Below, piece by piece: positions 10,039 to 21,800 of a DNA stretch of 64,000 bases. Source of the DNA: Haliotis rufescens (lineage: Eukaryota); NCBI RefSeq assembly GCF_023055435.1, contig NW_025964383.1, forward strand, positions 15,438,001-15,502,000, written 5' to 3'. The position numbers and the translations under genes were made by a program. Each line of letters begins with the position of its first letter. The first letter of the stretch is position 1. Under the pieces are notes generated by a model. It did not search any database, was not told the origin of the DNA, and saw only the letters and a program-made list of their open reading frames with translations.

Positions 10039-10254
10039 CTTACGAATTTCACGATACTGTTTTTGCGGTGTCTTTATTTGAGTCATAGATACTTAATCGG
10101 AGTTAAAAGCACATAATTTAGTTAACGGACGCTCCTTCAAGGACTTGTGTATGCACATTTGTAATTGTTACTGAGTTCGATCACTGATCAGGATTCACCT
10201 TTAACCATACATAATGTTTTGTTTTTTCTTTCAAAATAAGCAGTGACTATTAAA

Positions 10255-12040
10255 AGCCCGACAAGGCGACAAGGCGGCATTTTGATGAAATATCAAAATA
10301 TGCAGTAATCATTACAAGAGCGACAAGGCGACATTTTGATGAAATAACAAAAGATGCAGTAATCATTACAAGCGCGAATGTCACATCGACCCATTGTCGC
10401 GTTGTCACGCTTTTACAAAACGAAGCAAGTTTTCGTTTGTGCTCTTTAGTATCGAATTATGGTTTATTTTTAGCACAAACTGAATTGGACCAAATTTTTG
10501 GCCTTTGTTTTTTTAATACTGGTATATAAATGTATTCCGTAGTATTGCATAAGGATACGTAGTAATTAGGTCAACTGCCATTTGATTAGCTGTTTTTCAA
10601 TGATTTTAAACCCTGAAACAGACAATGATATATATTATAAATCATAGTCTGTTTCAGGGTTTATATATATATGATCAGTGTGTGTCTGTGTGTGTCTGTG
10701 TTCTATTCTTGTAATGATTTTCCAAAGCTCATCTTTCTTTTGGCGACCGATTGTACAGCGATCACTGATGATCAGTGATGGCACCAGGTGTTCATGAAAA
10801 GTGTAAGCATATCCTGTCTTTAAAACATGCAGTTGATAGTTTCTAGGGCCTCGTAACGCATATTGTGTCTCTTTGTCGCGCTTTGAATAATCTTTTTAAT
10901 CTATTTTAATCTATTATCTAATAATCCATTTCACCAAATGGCGACGGTGTGACTGAACTGAACGGAACGGAACTTTATTACTCTCAGACTGCAAACGGCA
11001 GCATAAGAGGTAAAGTATATATACAATATTATATGTACAAGGTATATTCAGTATAAACATTGATGTTGAACTTGGGTTTGTAACACACATTAAATCAAAA
11101 AAGAGAAAGAAAAGATGAGGTACAAGTTAAACAGAAAGGATTGTAAGCTACTAACATGAAATAAACATACTTACTTTCTAAAGGCAGACATATAATCTTT
11201 CAGAAAATAGAGAGTATCCTTACTGTTCCTACTTTATGCTTATAAAAAGAATATTCGTTTTATACATGTTTGGTTTTGTGTAAGAATGTTTATGAATTAG
11301 CTATTTCCTATCAGTTTCAAAGTTGGGACAAACAAAGAGATGATGAAATTCATCACCGACATAGTTCAGGTTACATTAATTACACTTTCTTTCAAAAAAT
11401 GGGATTTCTTTCGATCTACCTGTCTCAGTTGGAAGATAATGATGTGAGGTTCTGAATGTAAGCAATATTTTTCTGTTATTCTCTTGCAGAATACTTAGGT
11501 ACGATTCGAAATAAAGATAGAGTTTTTTAACAATGTTATAAATAATTCCTTTTGAATAGTTTTCTTTTGTTGATACCCATGTTTGCTGATAAATATCATT
11601 CAATTTAGTTTTGATGATAATTTTTAGCCTATGGATACTTTTGAATTTCTGTAATGTCCAAATGAAGCTTAACGCAAGTTCATCAAATGTTCTCTTAATC
11701 CAGATTATCCATTTATGGTCATGTGATTCAAAGAAGTGGTCATTAAAATCAGTTTGTAAATAAACAGAGATAGTTTTGACGATTTTCACGTTAGAAGTTT
11801 TTTCGACATTTTAGAAGTTCAGAAAGGTGATACAAAGTAAAAAATGTCGCGTTGTCGCATTGTCGACTTTTGGTAAAATAAGAAAAAATGTTCAAAGCGC
11901 GACAACGCGACAACGCGACAATGCGACAAATGGCCAGAATGTGGTGTTGTCGCATTGTCGCGCTTTAGTTAATTTCGACACTTTTTGCTTGTTTTTGCGA
12001 GGGTGACAATGCGACAACTCGACAATATGCCTTCTAGGAT
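10255..12040. mobile_element. Non-autonomous DNA-transposon-like relic with GCGACAA/TTGTCGC subterminal repeats, interrupted by a LINE fragment
   Basis: Clusters of direct and inverted GCGACAA(G/C/T)GCGAC motifs at 10258-10410 and 11845-12025. Confidence 0.45.
10951..11790 (-). mobile_element. 3' end of a LINE (RTEX/CR1-group C-terminal domain), degenerate
   Basis: Reads ..ESYLSIL..RKILLTFRTSHHYLPTETGR..ERKC..GDEFHHLF.CP, then AATAAA and a (GTTCC/GTTCA)n tail at 10951-10980. Confidence 0.75.
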
Positions 12041-12054
12041 TCCATACAAGACAG

Positions 12055-12141
12055 GGAACCTGACCACCTGATCCTGTTAGTCGCCTCTTACGGCAAGCAT
12101 GGGTTGATGGAGACCCATTCTATCCAGCATCTTACGGGTCC
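12055..12141 (-). mobile_element. Family A head-only fragment
   Basis: Minus strand GACCCGTAAGATG..TAGAATGGGTCTCCA..GCCGTAAGAGGCGACTAAC. Confidence 0.7.
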
Positions 12142-12249
12142 ATAACTATACTCAATCAAACGGGCGTTACATGACACATTAAACATTTGCTTCATGTGAT
12201 TGCTGTCTGTTTGTTTAAGGCCTCATCTCAGCACAATTCCAACAATTGG

Positions 12250-12413
12250 GGTCGGGCAGCCTAGTGGTTAAAGCGTTCGCTCGTCATGCCGAAGATCCGG
12301 GTTCGAATCCCAGCGTGGTTCAATGTGTGAAGCCCATTTCTGGTGTCCCCTGCCGTGATATTTCTGGAATATTGCTAAAAGCGGCATAAAACCAGATTCA
12401 CCCAATCACTCAC
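12250..12413 (+). mobile_element. tRNA-derived SINE family B with TSD
   Basis: A and B boxes present. TSD TCCAACAATTGG at 12238-12249 and 12414-12425. Confidence 0.85.
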
Positions 12414-12568
12414 TCCAACAATTGGAAGGTTGTGTATATAAAGGAATCTGAAACTGACAACCAGTGATCATTATGATGAGCAATGTTCACGCTGTTTGGA
12501 TTTGACAATACACAGTCGGCTAAGTCACCAAGCCGACCCATTGTGCCGATTTCTGCGACCACCAGTTT

Positions 12569-12606
12569 AAGGTAAGGTAAGGTGAGGTGAGGTGAGGTGA
12601 GGTGAG

Positions 12607-12637
<31 letters not shown>

Positions 12638-12891
12638 GCTGGTTGTACTAATCCGGACTAATGCCGATGTTATGGTGCTAGCCCACTGAGATACCATGCC
12701 GCAGTTTAACATGAATACCCCAATCAGACGCAATATACTGACTCCGAGCTAAAACCCCTTAATGTCGAGCGCCAGGCAGGGTAACAACAAGTACCACCTT
12801 TTAACGTCTTTTAGTATGACGCGGCGGGGGATCGAACCTCTGACCTCCGCTCTCCGGGCGGACACTCTACCACTAGACCACGGAGGCGGTC
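12569..12891 (-). mobile_element. tRNA-derived SINE family D (Meta/Deu-domain-like), full length
   Basis: tRNA head GTGGTCTAGTGGTAGAG..GGTTCGATCCC, central GTCATACTAAAAGACGTTAAAAGGTGGTACTTG..CCTGGCGCTCG, then (CA)n and a (CTCAC)n tail. Confidence 0.75.
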
Positions 12892-12992
12892 GGGTCCTAG
12901 TTTGAAATTCTGCCTCGTTTCAAATTCTCTGTGAGTGTCATCAGTACCTGTCACTCAGTCATACCTATTAGGTACCGTTTCCTCTTGCTGAA

Positions 12993-13159
12993 GGGCGGTC
13001 AGGTAGCCTAGTGGTTAAAGCGTTCGCTCGTCACGCTGAAGACCCGGGTTTCATTCAAGACATGGGTTCAATATGTGAAGCCCATTTCTGGTGTCCCCCG
13101 CCGTGCTTTTGCTGGAATATTGCTAAAAGCGGCGTAAAACCATACTCACTCATTCACTC
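12993..13159 (+). mobile_element. tRNA(Asp-like)-derived SINE family B
   Basis: GGGCGGTCAGGTAGCCTAGTGGTTAAAGCGTTCGCTCGTCACG...GCGGCGTAAAACCATACTCACT. Confidence 0.85.
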
Positions 13160-13780
13160 TCCTTACTGAAACCTTATTTAACAAGGACAGCAATAATCAA
13201 GGTATTTATCAAATATTTGTTGTTTAATAAATGCTGTGAAATGATTGCATACGGTGATTTTGTTGTTGACCAGAACAGAAGCTATTAAAAAAGTATAAAA
13301 TAGCTGCATGTTATATAGTTTGTTCTGATATTTCCAATATCAACGAAAATACACACGAGCTAACCTTGTGCGCATATTATACACTATGTATATGTTGGGG
13401 AGAATACTCTCACATTTTCGGGAAATATTATTTCGACCTTTCAGTTCCCCCTAGGTAATCCAATACTAGCCTATCACCACGTTATTTACGTTATAAACAC
13501 ACATCCGGGAACTACTGATGGTAATCACGATATTTTCAGAAATAATATTTCTATTCTTCATTGCAGTTCTTTCACGGAGACCCGGATACGTTATGCACGG
13601 CTGTGTTTGCCGCGATTGGCAGTTCATATATCCCATTATGTACTGTCAAAAACAAGTCGGGGATATTAAGGAATAAAAACGATTAAAGAGGTGGTGATTT
13701 ATGGTTGAAAGGAAGGACAAGATGTAAGATTACAATTAATATATCATGTTCACGGTGTATTGTAAGGGTGCAAGTAACCA

Positions 13781-16650
13781 AGAGGTGGGCACGGGCGGGC
13801 ACAGGTGGGCACAGGTGGAAACGGGCGGGCACAGGTGACCACAGGCGGACACAGGTGGGAACAGGCGGGCACAGGTGAACACAGGTGGGAACAGGAGTGC
13901 ACAGGTGGGCACAGACAGGAACAGGTGGGCACAGGTGGGCACAGACAGGAACAGGTGGGAATAGGAGCGCACAGATGGGCACAGACAGGAACAGGTGGGA
14001 ACAGGAGTGCACAGGTGGGCACAGACAGGAACAGGTGGGCACAGACAGGAACAGGCGGGCACAGACAGGAACAGGTGGGAATAGGAGCGCACAGGTGGGC
14101 ACAGACAGGAACAGGTGGGCACAGAAAGGAACAGGTGGGCACAGGTGGGCACAGACAGGAACAGGTGTGAATAGGAGCGCACAGGTGGGCACATACAGGA
14201 ACAGGTGGGCACAGACAGGAACAGGCGGGCACAGGCGGGCACAGACAGGAACAGGTTGGCACAGGTGGGCACAGACAGGAACAGGTGGGAACAGGAGTGC
14301 ACAGGCGGGGACAGACAGGAACAGGTGGGCACAGACAGGAACAGGTGGGCACAGGCGGGCACAGACAGGAACAGGTGGGAACAGGAGCGCACAGGTGGGC
14401 ACAGACAGGAACAGGTGGGCACAGGCGGGCACAGACAGGAACAGGTGGGCACAGGCGGGCACAGACAGGAACAGGTGGGCACAGAAAGGAACAGGTGGGC
14501 ACAGGTGGGCACAGACAGGAACTGGTGGGCACAGGCGGGCACAGACAGGAACAGGTGGGCACAGAAAGGAACAGGTGGGCACAGGTGGGCACAGACAGGA
14601 ACAGGTGGGCACAGGCGGGCACAGACAGGAACAGGTGGGAACAGGAGTGCACAGGCGGGCACAGACAGGAACAGGTGGGCACAGGAGTGCACAGGCGGGC
14701 ACAGACAGGAACAGGGGGGAACAGGAGTGCACAGGCGGGCACAGACAGGAACAGGTGGGAACAGGAGTGCACAGGTGGGCACAGACAGGAACAGGTGGGC
14801 ACAGACGGGAACAGGTGGGCACATGCGGGCACAGACAGGAACAGGTGGGCACAGGAGTGCACAGGTCGGCACAGACAGGAACAGGTGGGAACAGGCGGGC
14901 ACAGATAGGAACAGGTGGGAATAGGAGTGCACAGGTGGGCACAGACAGGAACAGGTGGGCACAGACAGGAACAGGCGGGCACAGACAGGAACAGGTGGGC
15001 ACAGAAAGGAACAGGTGGGCACAGGTGGGCACAGACAGGAACAGGTGGGCACAGGCGGGCACAGACAGGAACAGGTGGGAACAGGAGTGCACAGGCGGGC
15101 ACAGACAGGAACAGGTGGGCACAGGTGTGCACAGGCGGGCACAGACAGGAACAGGGGGGAACAGGAGTGCACAGGCGGGCACAGACAGGAACAGGTGGGA
15201 ACAGGAGTGCACAGGTGGGCACAGACAGGAACAGGTGGGCACAGACGGGAACAGGTGGGCACATGCGGGCACAGACAGGAACAGGTGGGCACAGGAGTGC
15301 ACAGGTCGGCACAGACAGGAACAGGTGGGAACAGGCGGGCACAGATAGGAACAGGTGGGAATAGGAGCGCACAGGTGGGCACAGACAGGAACAGGTGGGC
15401 ACAGGCGGGCACAGACAGGAACAGGTGGGCACAGAAAGGAACAGGTGGGCACAGGTGGGCACAGACAGGAACAGGTGGGCACAGGCGGGCACAGACAGGA
15501 ACAGGTGGGAACAGGAGTGCACAGGTGGGCACAGACAGGAACAGGTGGGCACAGGCGGGCACAGACAGGAACAGGTGGGCACAGAAAGGAACAGGTGGGC
15601 ACAGGTGGGCACAGACAGGAACAGGTGGGCACAGGCGGGCACAGACAGGAACAGGTGGGAACAGGAGTGCACAGGTGGGCACAGACAGGAACAGGTGGGC
15701 ACAGACGGGAACAGGTGGGCACAGGCGGGCACAGACAGGAACAGGTGGGCACAGGCAGGAACAGGTGGGAACAGGAGTGCACAGGTCGGCACAGACAGGA
15801 ACAGGTGGGAACAGGAGTGCACAGGTGGGCACAGACAGGAACAGGTGGGCACAGGCGGGCACAGACAGGAACAGGTGGGAACAGGAGTGCACAGGTGGGC
15901 ACAGACAGGAACAGGTGGGCACAGACGGGAACAGGTGGGCACAGGCGGGCACAGACAGGAACAGGTGGGCACAGGAGTGCACAGGTCGGCACAGACAGGA
16001 ACAGGTGGGAACAGGCGGGCACAGATAGGAACAGGTGGGAATAGGAGCGCACAGGTGGGCACAGACAGGAACAGGTGGGCACAGGCGGGCACAGACAGGA
16101 ACAGGTGGGCACAGAAAGGAACAGGTGGGCACAGGTGGGCACAGACAGGAACAGGTGGGCACAGGCGGGCACAGACAGGAACAGGTGGGAACAGGAGTGC
16201 ACAGGTGGGCACAGACAGGAACAGGTGGGCACAGACGGGAACAGGTGGGCACAGGCGGGCACAGACAGGAACAGGTGGGCACAGGCGGGCACAGACAGGA
16301 ACAGGTGGGAACAGGAGTGCACAGGTGGGCACAGACAGGAACAGGTGGGAACAGGAGTGCACAGGTGGGCACAGACAGGAACAGGTGGGCACAGGCGGGC
16401 ACAGACAGGAACAGGTGGGAACAGGAGTGCACAGGTGGGCACAGACAGGAACAGGTGGGCACAGGCGGGCACAGACAGGAACAGGTGGGCACAGACAGGA
16501 ACAGGTGGGCACAGGCGGGCACAGACAGGAACAGGTGGGAACAGGAGTGCACAGGTGGGCACAGACAGGAACAGGTGGGCACAGACGGGAACAGGTGGGC
16601 ACAGGCGGGCACAGACAGGAACAGGTGGGCACAGGAGTGCACAGGTGGAC
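13781..16650. repeat. 10-bp-unit satellite, ~287 units
   Basis: Variants ACAGGTGGGC, ACAGACAGGA, ACAGGCGGGC, ACAGGTGGGA and ACAGGAGTGC stay in unbroken 10-nt register. Confidence 0.97.
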
Positions 16651-16979
16651 AAGAGCCCCACCTTGGTTGCCTCACCTTTTCGGACATACCCTTTTCGACC
16701 AAACACAAAATGGCCTGGCGTGCCCGTGCGCGAAATACGGATATGTCGGAAAGCACACCTTAATTCCTAATGTAAGTAAGTCTTGGAAGACAAGCCATGG
16801 GCTATCATGGCTCACAGGCGGCACGCTAGACTAACATCTTGTCTCTGAAATGAACATATCGTACAGAAAAAACAACAACAGTATCTTAAAAAACAGTTAA
16901 TAAAAAGGAGCCCAGAGACACTCTTCATATTCATTTGCTGTAGAAATCTAGACTTGAATGGGCTGCTTTTGATATATTA

Positions 16980-17540
16980 GTATCAGGGTCTGCAAGACAG
17001 ACTAAAGGCACACCTATTGGCGCCAGTATGTTGTCTCCGTAGTTTAATTCAGTGACCCTTCCATGGGCAAAAGGCAATAGCGTTCTGGCAACCATTGTGA
17101 TCTCGCCCCATTATCATTACAGTTCTACCCCCAAATCTGGCATGTTGTCTTACGTTCACGTTAGCATTGTTGTCTTGCTGGAATATGTCAATTTGTCCAC
17201 AGTGCTACAACACGTGGGAGCCGAGCATCCAGACACCTTCTTATCGCCAAGTCAGTAACATGGCGCAAATGAACAATGATTTGATTGTTGTTTGAGCTCG
17301 AATTCTTTTAGCCTGATTCTGATTAATCGACCCCGGACCTGTGTTGTTGACCTTGGAAACCCCGTGCGGGGCCGATCATTAAAATTCTGTTGGAAACTGT
17401 TCCAAAGTCTGCAAATCACAGACTGAGACACATTCAGTATATTGGCTACTTCTCGCGGAGTTCTACCAGTTTGCTGCTTACCAATAGCCCTGAGGCGTTC
17501 ATCATGTTGTAGACAAGGCTTTCCCAATCTGATCACAGAT
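16980..17540 (-). mobile_element. Degenerate Tc1/mariner transposase relic
   Basis: HTH region ERLRAIG..TGRTPREVANILNVSQSVICRLW..DRPRTGFPRSTT, plus scrambled DDE-region remnants. Confidence 0.75.
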
Positions 17541-18029
17541 ACTACATTAAAGCAAGAGAAGACAGCTTACTTGTTACTGTGGATAATGAAAATCAACAAT
17601 AATAATGGTTCAGGGTGATTTGACGACCTTTCACTGAAGTGTCGAAAAGCAAGAAGTGACACCGACCTACGTACGCTTAGGAATGGTCCACGTGGAATTT
17701 TACGGGTGTGTCCGGGCGTTTGGTTTTGGTTGGAAACCGTTCTATCTCTTGACAGTCATTTTCAAAGCTGATTGTTCTTCCGACGACCCATCATAACATT
17801 CATACTTCGTGATCACCTACTATTTTTGTTTAACGATATTTATTTCCACTTGGTACAGTGGAAGGGGATTGATAAACAGGCAGAGCCTATATAAATATTT
17901 CTCACTATCAAAGTTCGAACAAGCAGCAGTAGTATTAATGTTATACAGTAGTATAAACTTGATATTAAGTCACATGTGGTACATCAAAGGTAAAACAGTT
18001 GTTAGTGAGATTTATATAAGAGTGCATGT

Positions 18030-18092
18030 TTAGTCGCCTTTTAGGGCAAGCATGGGTTGCTAAAGACCTATCCTACCCGGATTTTCACAGGC
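18030..18092 (-). mobile_element. Family A head-only fragment
   Basis: Minus strand CCTGTGAAAATCCGGGTAGGATAGGTCTTTAGCAACCCATGCTTGCCCTAAAAGGCGACTAA. Confidence 0.7.
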
Positions 18093-18109
18093 CTTGTCCT
18101 ATTTGTAAG

Positions 18110-18435
18110 AAGGTTTTACAGATTTTCTCTATACTCTCAAATCCCCAAAATGTCAGATGCATACAAAAGAATCGGACTACTCTGACAATCAAATAACTCA
18201 AAGAACACGTTGGAGGCAGTAATAGATATGTTTCTTGTTGTAGTAAGTAACGCATATCTACTTAGGCTTAACTTACAGGCGAAGACTAATCCTAGATGTC
18301 TATTAACAACCTCTACAACTTGTCCTATATAGTACCATACTTCTTTAACTGATACGTTTCCTCCTCTTTTACAAACAACATTTGATTTGTGCAAGTTGAC
18401 AGTCATTCCCCACCCATCTGCATATGAATCTAGAA
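18110..18435 (-). mobile_element. LINE reverse-transcriptase C-terminal fragment (RTEX/CR1-like)
   Basis: W-G-MTVNLHKSNVV..RGG..W.Y.G..VEVVN..LGL.F...LFD....PILLYASDI.G. Confidence 0.65.
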
Positions 18436-18859
18436 TAAAGAAAGAGAATATACATTAACCTCATTATGCAAAACACCCCAGGACGGGCTGACTCATATGA
18501 CAAATGACAGCAGTGATTGTTTTCCTGTCATATTGTTGTTGTAGCTGTAAAGTCCCTGTTTCCCGGATGAGGTTATCAACGTGTCGTGTCTTCATCAGTG
18601 GCATCACAAGAGCATATTTAGACATTTTTGCTTACCAAGCTACAGTTACAGATTAAATAAGTCTTATTTGATATAGAAATTCATAGGCACATATTCGTCA
18701 ATTTTGAAAGGAAACTTCAGTATTTTTATTTACATTTTGCGCTGTGACTATTACTGAATATTGTTGAAAGCGGCGTAAAACCAATCTCTCCTACATTATA
18801 TTTACGTTTAAATTACATTACATGTAAAATTTTTTATAAATACCCGGAAAAATATGCGT

Positions 18860-21800
18860 GAAGACATTCGAGTAGACAGACCAAACTATGTTCGAGTAAA
18901 CTATGGAGTACCTTTACGTGTAGACATTAAAGTTGACGATGTTGTTCGAGTAATCCTAAGAATAGACATTCGAGTAAACATACGGATATATATTCGAGTA
19001 CACATATGAATAGACATTCGAGTGCACATACGAATAGACATTCGAGTGCACATACGAATAGACATTCGAGTACACATACGTATATAGATTCGAGTACACA
19101 TATGCATAGACATTCGAGTGCACATACGAATAGACATTCGAGTGCAGATACGAATAGACATTCGAGTACACATACGGATAGACATTTGAGTACACATACG
19201 AATAGACATTCGAGTGCAGATACGAATAGACATTCGAGTACACATACAGATATACATTTGAGTACACATACGAATAGACAGACATTCGAGTACACATACA
19301 GATAGACATTTGAGTACACATACGAATAGACAGACATTCGAGTACACATACAGATAGACATTTGAGTACACATACGAATAGACAGACATTCGAGTACACA
19401 TACAGATAGACATTTGAGTACACATACGAATAGACAGACATTCGAGTACACATACAGATAGACATTTGAGTACACATACGAATAGACAGACATTTGAGTA
19501 CACATACAGATAGACATTTGAGTACACATACAGATATACATTCGAGTACACATACGAATAAACATTCGAGTACACATACGAATAAACATTCGAGTACACA
19601 TACGAATAGGCAGACATTCGGGTACACATACAGATTTGAATACACATATGAATAGACATTCGATTTCACATACGGATAGACACTCGAGTACACATACGGA
19701 TAGATATTTGAGTACACATACGAATAGACAGACATTCGAGTACACATACGAATAGTCATTTGAGTACAGATACGAATAGCCATTCGAGTACACATAGGGG
19801 TAGACATTCGAGTACACATACGGATAGACATTCGAGTACACATACGGATAGACACTCGAGTACACATACGGATAGATATTTGAGTACATATACGGATAGA
19901 CATTCGAGTACACATACGGATAGACAGACATTCGAGTACACATACGAATAGACATACATTCGAGTACACATACGGATATACACTCGAGTACACATACGAA
20001 TAAACATTCGAGTACACATACGAATAGACATTCGAGTACACATACAGATTTCAGTACACATACGGATAGACATTTGAGTACACATACGGATAGACACTCG
20101 AGTACACATACGAATAAACATTCGAGTACACATACGAATAGACAGACATTCGAGTACACATACAGATAGACATTTGAGTACACATACGAATAGACATTCC
20201 AGTACACATACGAATAGACATTCGAGTACACATACGGATAGACATTCGAGTAAACATACGGATAGACACTCGAGTACACATACGGATAGATATTTGAGTA
20301 CATATACGGATAGACATTTGAGTACACATACGAATAGACAGACATTCGAGTACACATAAAGATAGACATTTTAGTACACATGCGAATAGACATTTGAGTA
20401 CACATAAAGATAGACATTTTAGTACATATGCGAATAGACATTTGAGTACACATACGGATAGACATTTGAGTACACATACGGATATACACTCGAGTATACA
20501 TACAGATAAACATTCGAGTACACATACGAATAGAGAGACATTCGAGTACACATACAGATAGACATTTGAGTACACATACGAATAGACATTCGAGTACACA
20601 TACGGATAGACATTTGAGTACACATACAGATAGAAACTCGAGTACACATACGAATAGACATTCGAGTGCACATACGGATAGACATTCGAGTACACATACG
20701 AATAGGCAGACATTCGGGTACACATACAGATTTGAATACACATATGAATAGACATTCGAGTACACATACGGATAGACACTCCAGTACACATACGGATAGA
20801 TATTTGAGTGCATATACGGATAGACATTCGAGTACACATACGAATAGACAGACATTCGAGTACACATACAAATAGTCATTTGAGTACAGATGAGAATAGC
20901 CATTCGAGTACACATAGGGGTAGACATTCGAGTACAAATACGGATAGACATTCGAGTACACATACGGATAGACACTCGAGTACACATACGGATAGATATT
21001 TGAGTACACATACGAATAGACATTCGGGTACACATACCGATAGACAGACATTCGAGTACACATACGAATAGACATACATTCGAGTACACATACGGATATA
21101 CACTCGAGTACACATACGAATAAACATTCGAGTACACATACGAATAGACATTCGAGTACACATACGGATAGACAGACATCCGGGTCCACATACAGATTTG
21201 AGTACGAATACGGATAGACATTTGAGTACACATACGGATAGACACTCGAGTACACATACGAATAAACATTCGAGTACACATACGAATAGTCAGACATTCG
21301 AGTACACATACAGATAGACATTCGAGTACACATAAAGATAGACATTTTAGTACACATGCGAATAGACATTTTAGTACACATAAAGATAGACATTTTAGTA
21401 CACATGCGAATAGATATTTGAGTACACATACGGATAGACATTTGAGTACACATACGGATAGACACTCGAGTACACATACAGATAAACATTCGAGTACACA
21501 TACGAATAGAGAGACATTCGAGTACACATACAGATAGACATTTGAGTACACATACGAATAGACATTCGAGTACACATACGGATAGACATTCGAGTACACA
21601 TACAGATAGAAACTCGAGTACACATACGAATAGACATTCGAGTGCACATACGGATAGACATTCGAGTGCACATACGAATAGACATTCGAGTGCACATACG
21701 AATAGACATTCGAGTACACATACGGATATAGATTCGAGTACACATATGCATAGACATTCGAGTTCACATACGAATAGACATTCGAGTGCACATACGAATA

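Noticed and set aside
12993-13070. tRNA-Asp-like genes at family B heads (and Leu-like at family C)
   Set aside because: No acceptor-stem closure. They continue into SINE bodies and tails with TSDs, so they are SINE heads rather than tRNA genes.
13683-16834. ~1000-aa Cys/Pro-rich ORFs and GTGGHR-repeat ORFs
   Set aside because: They are open in all three minus frames and much of the plus frames because the 10-bp unit lacks stop codons. There is no codon-phase constraint or gene structure.
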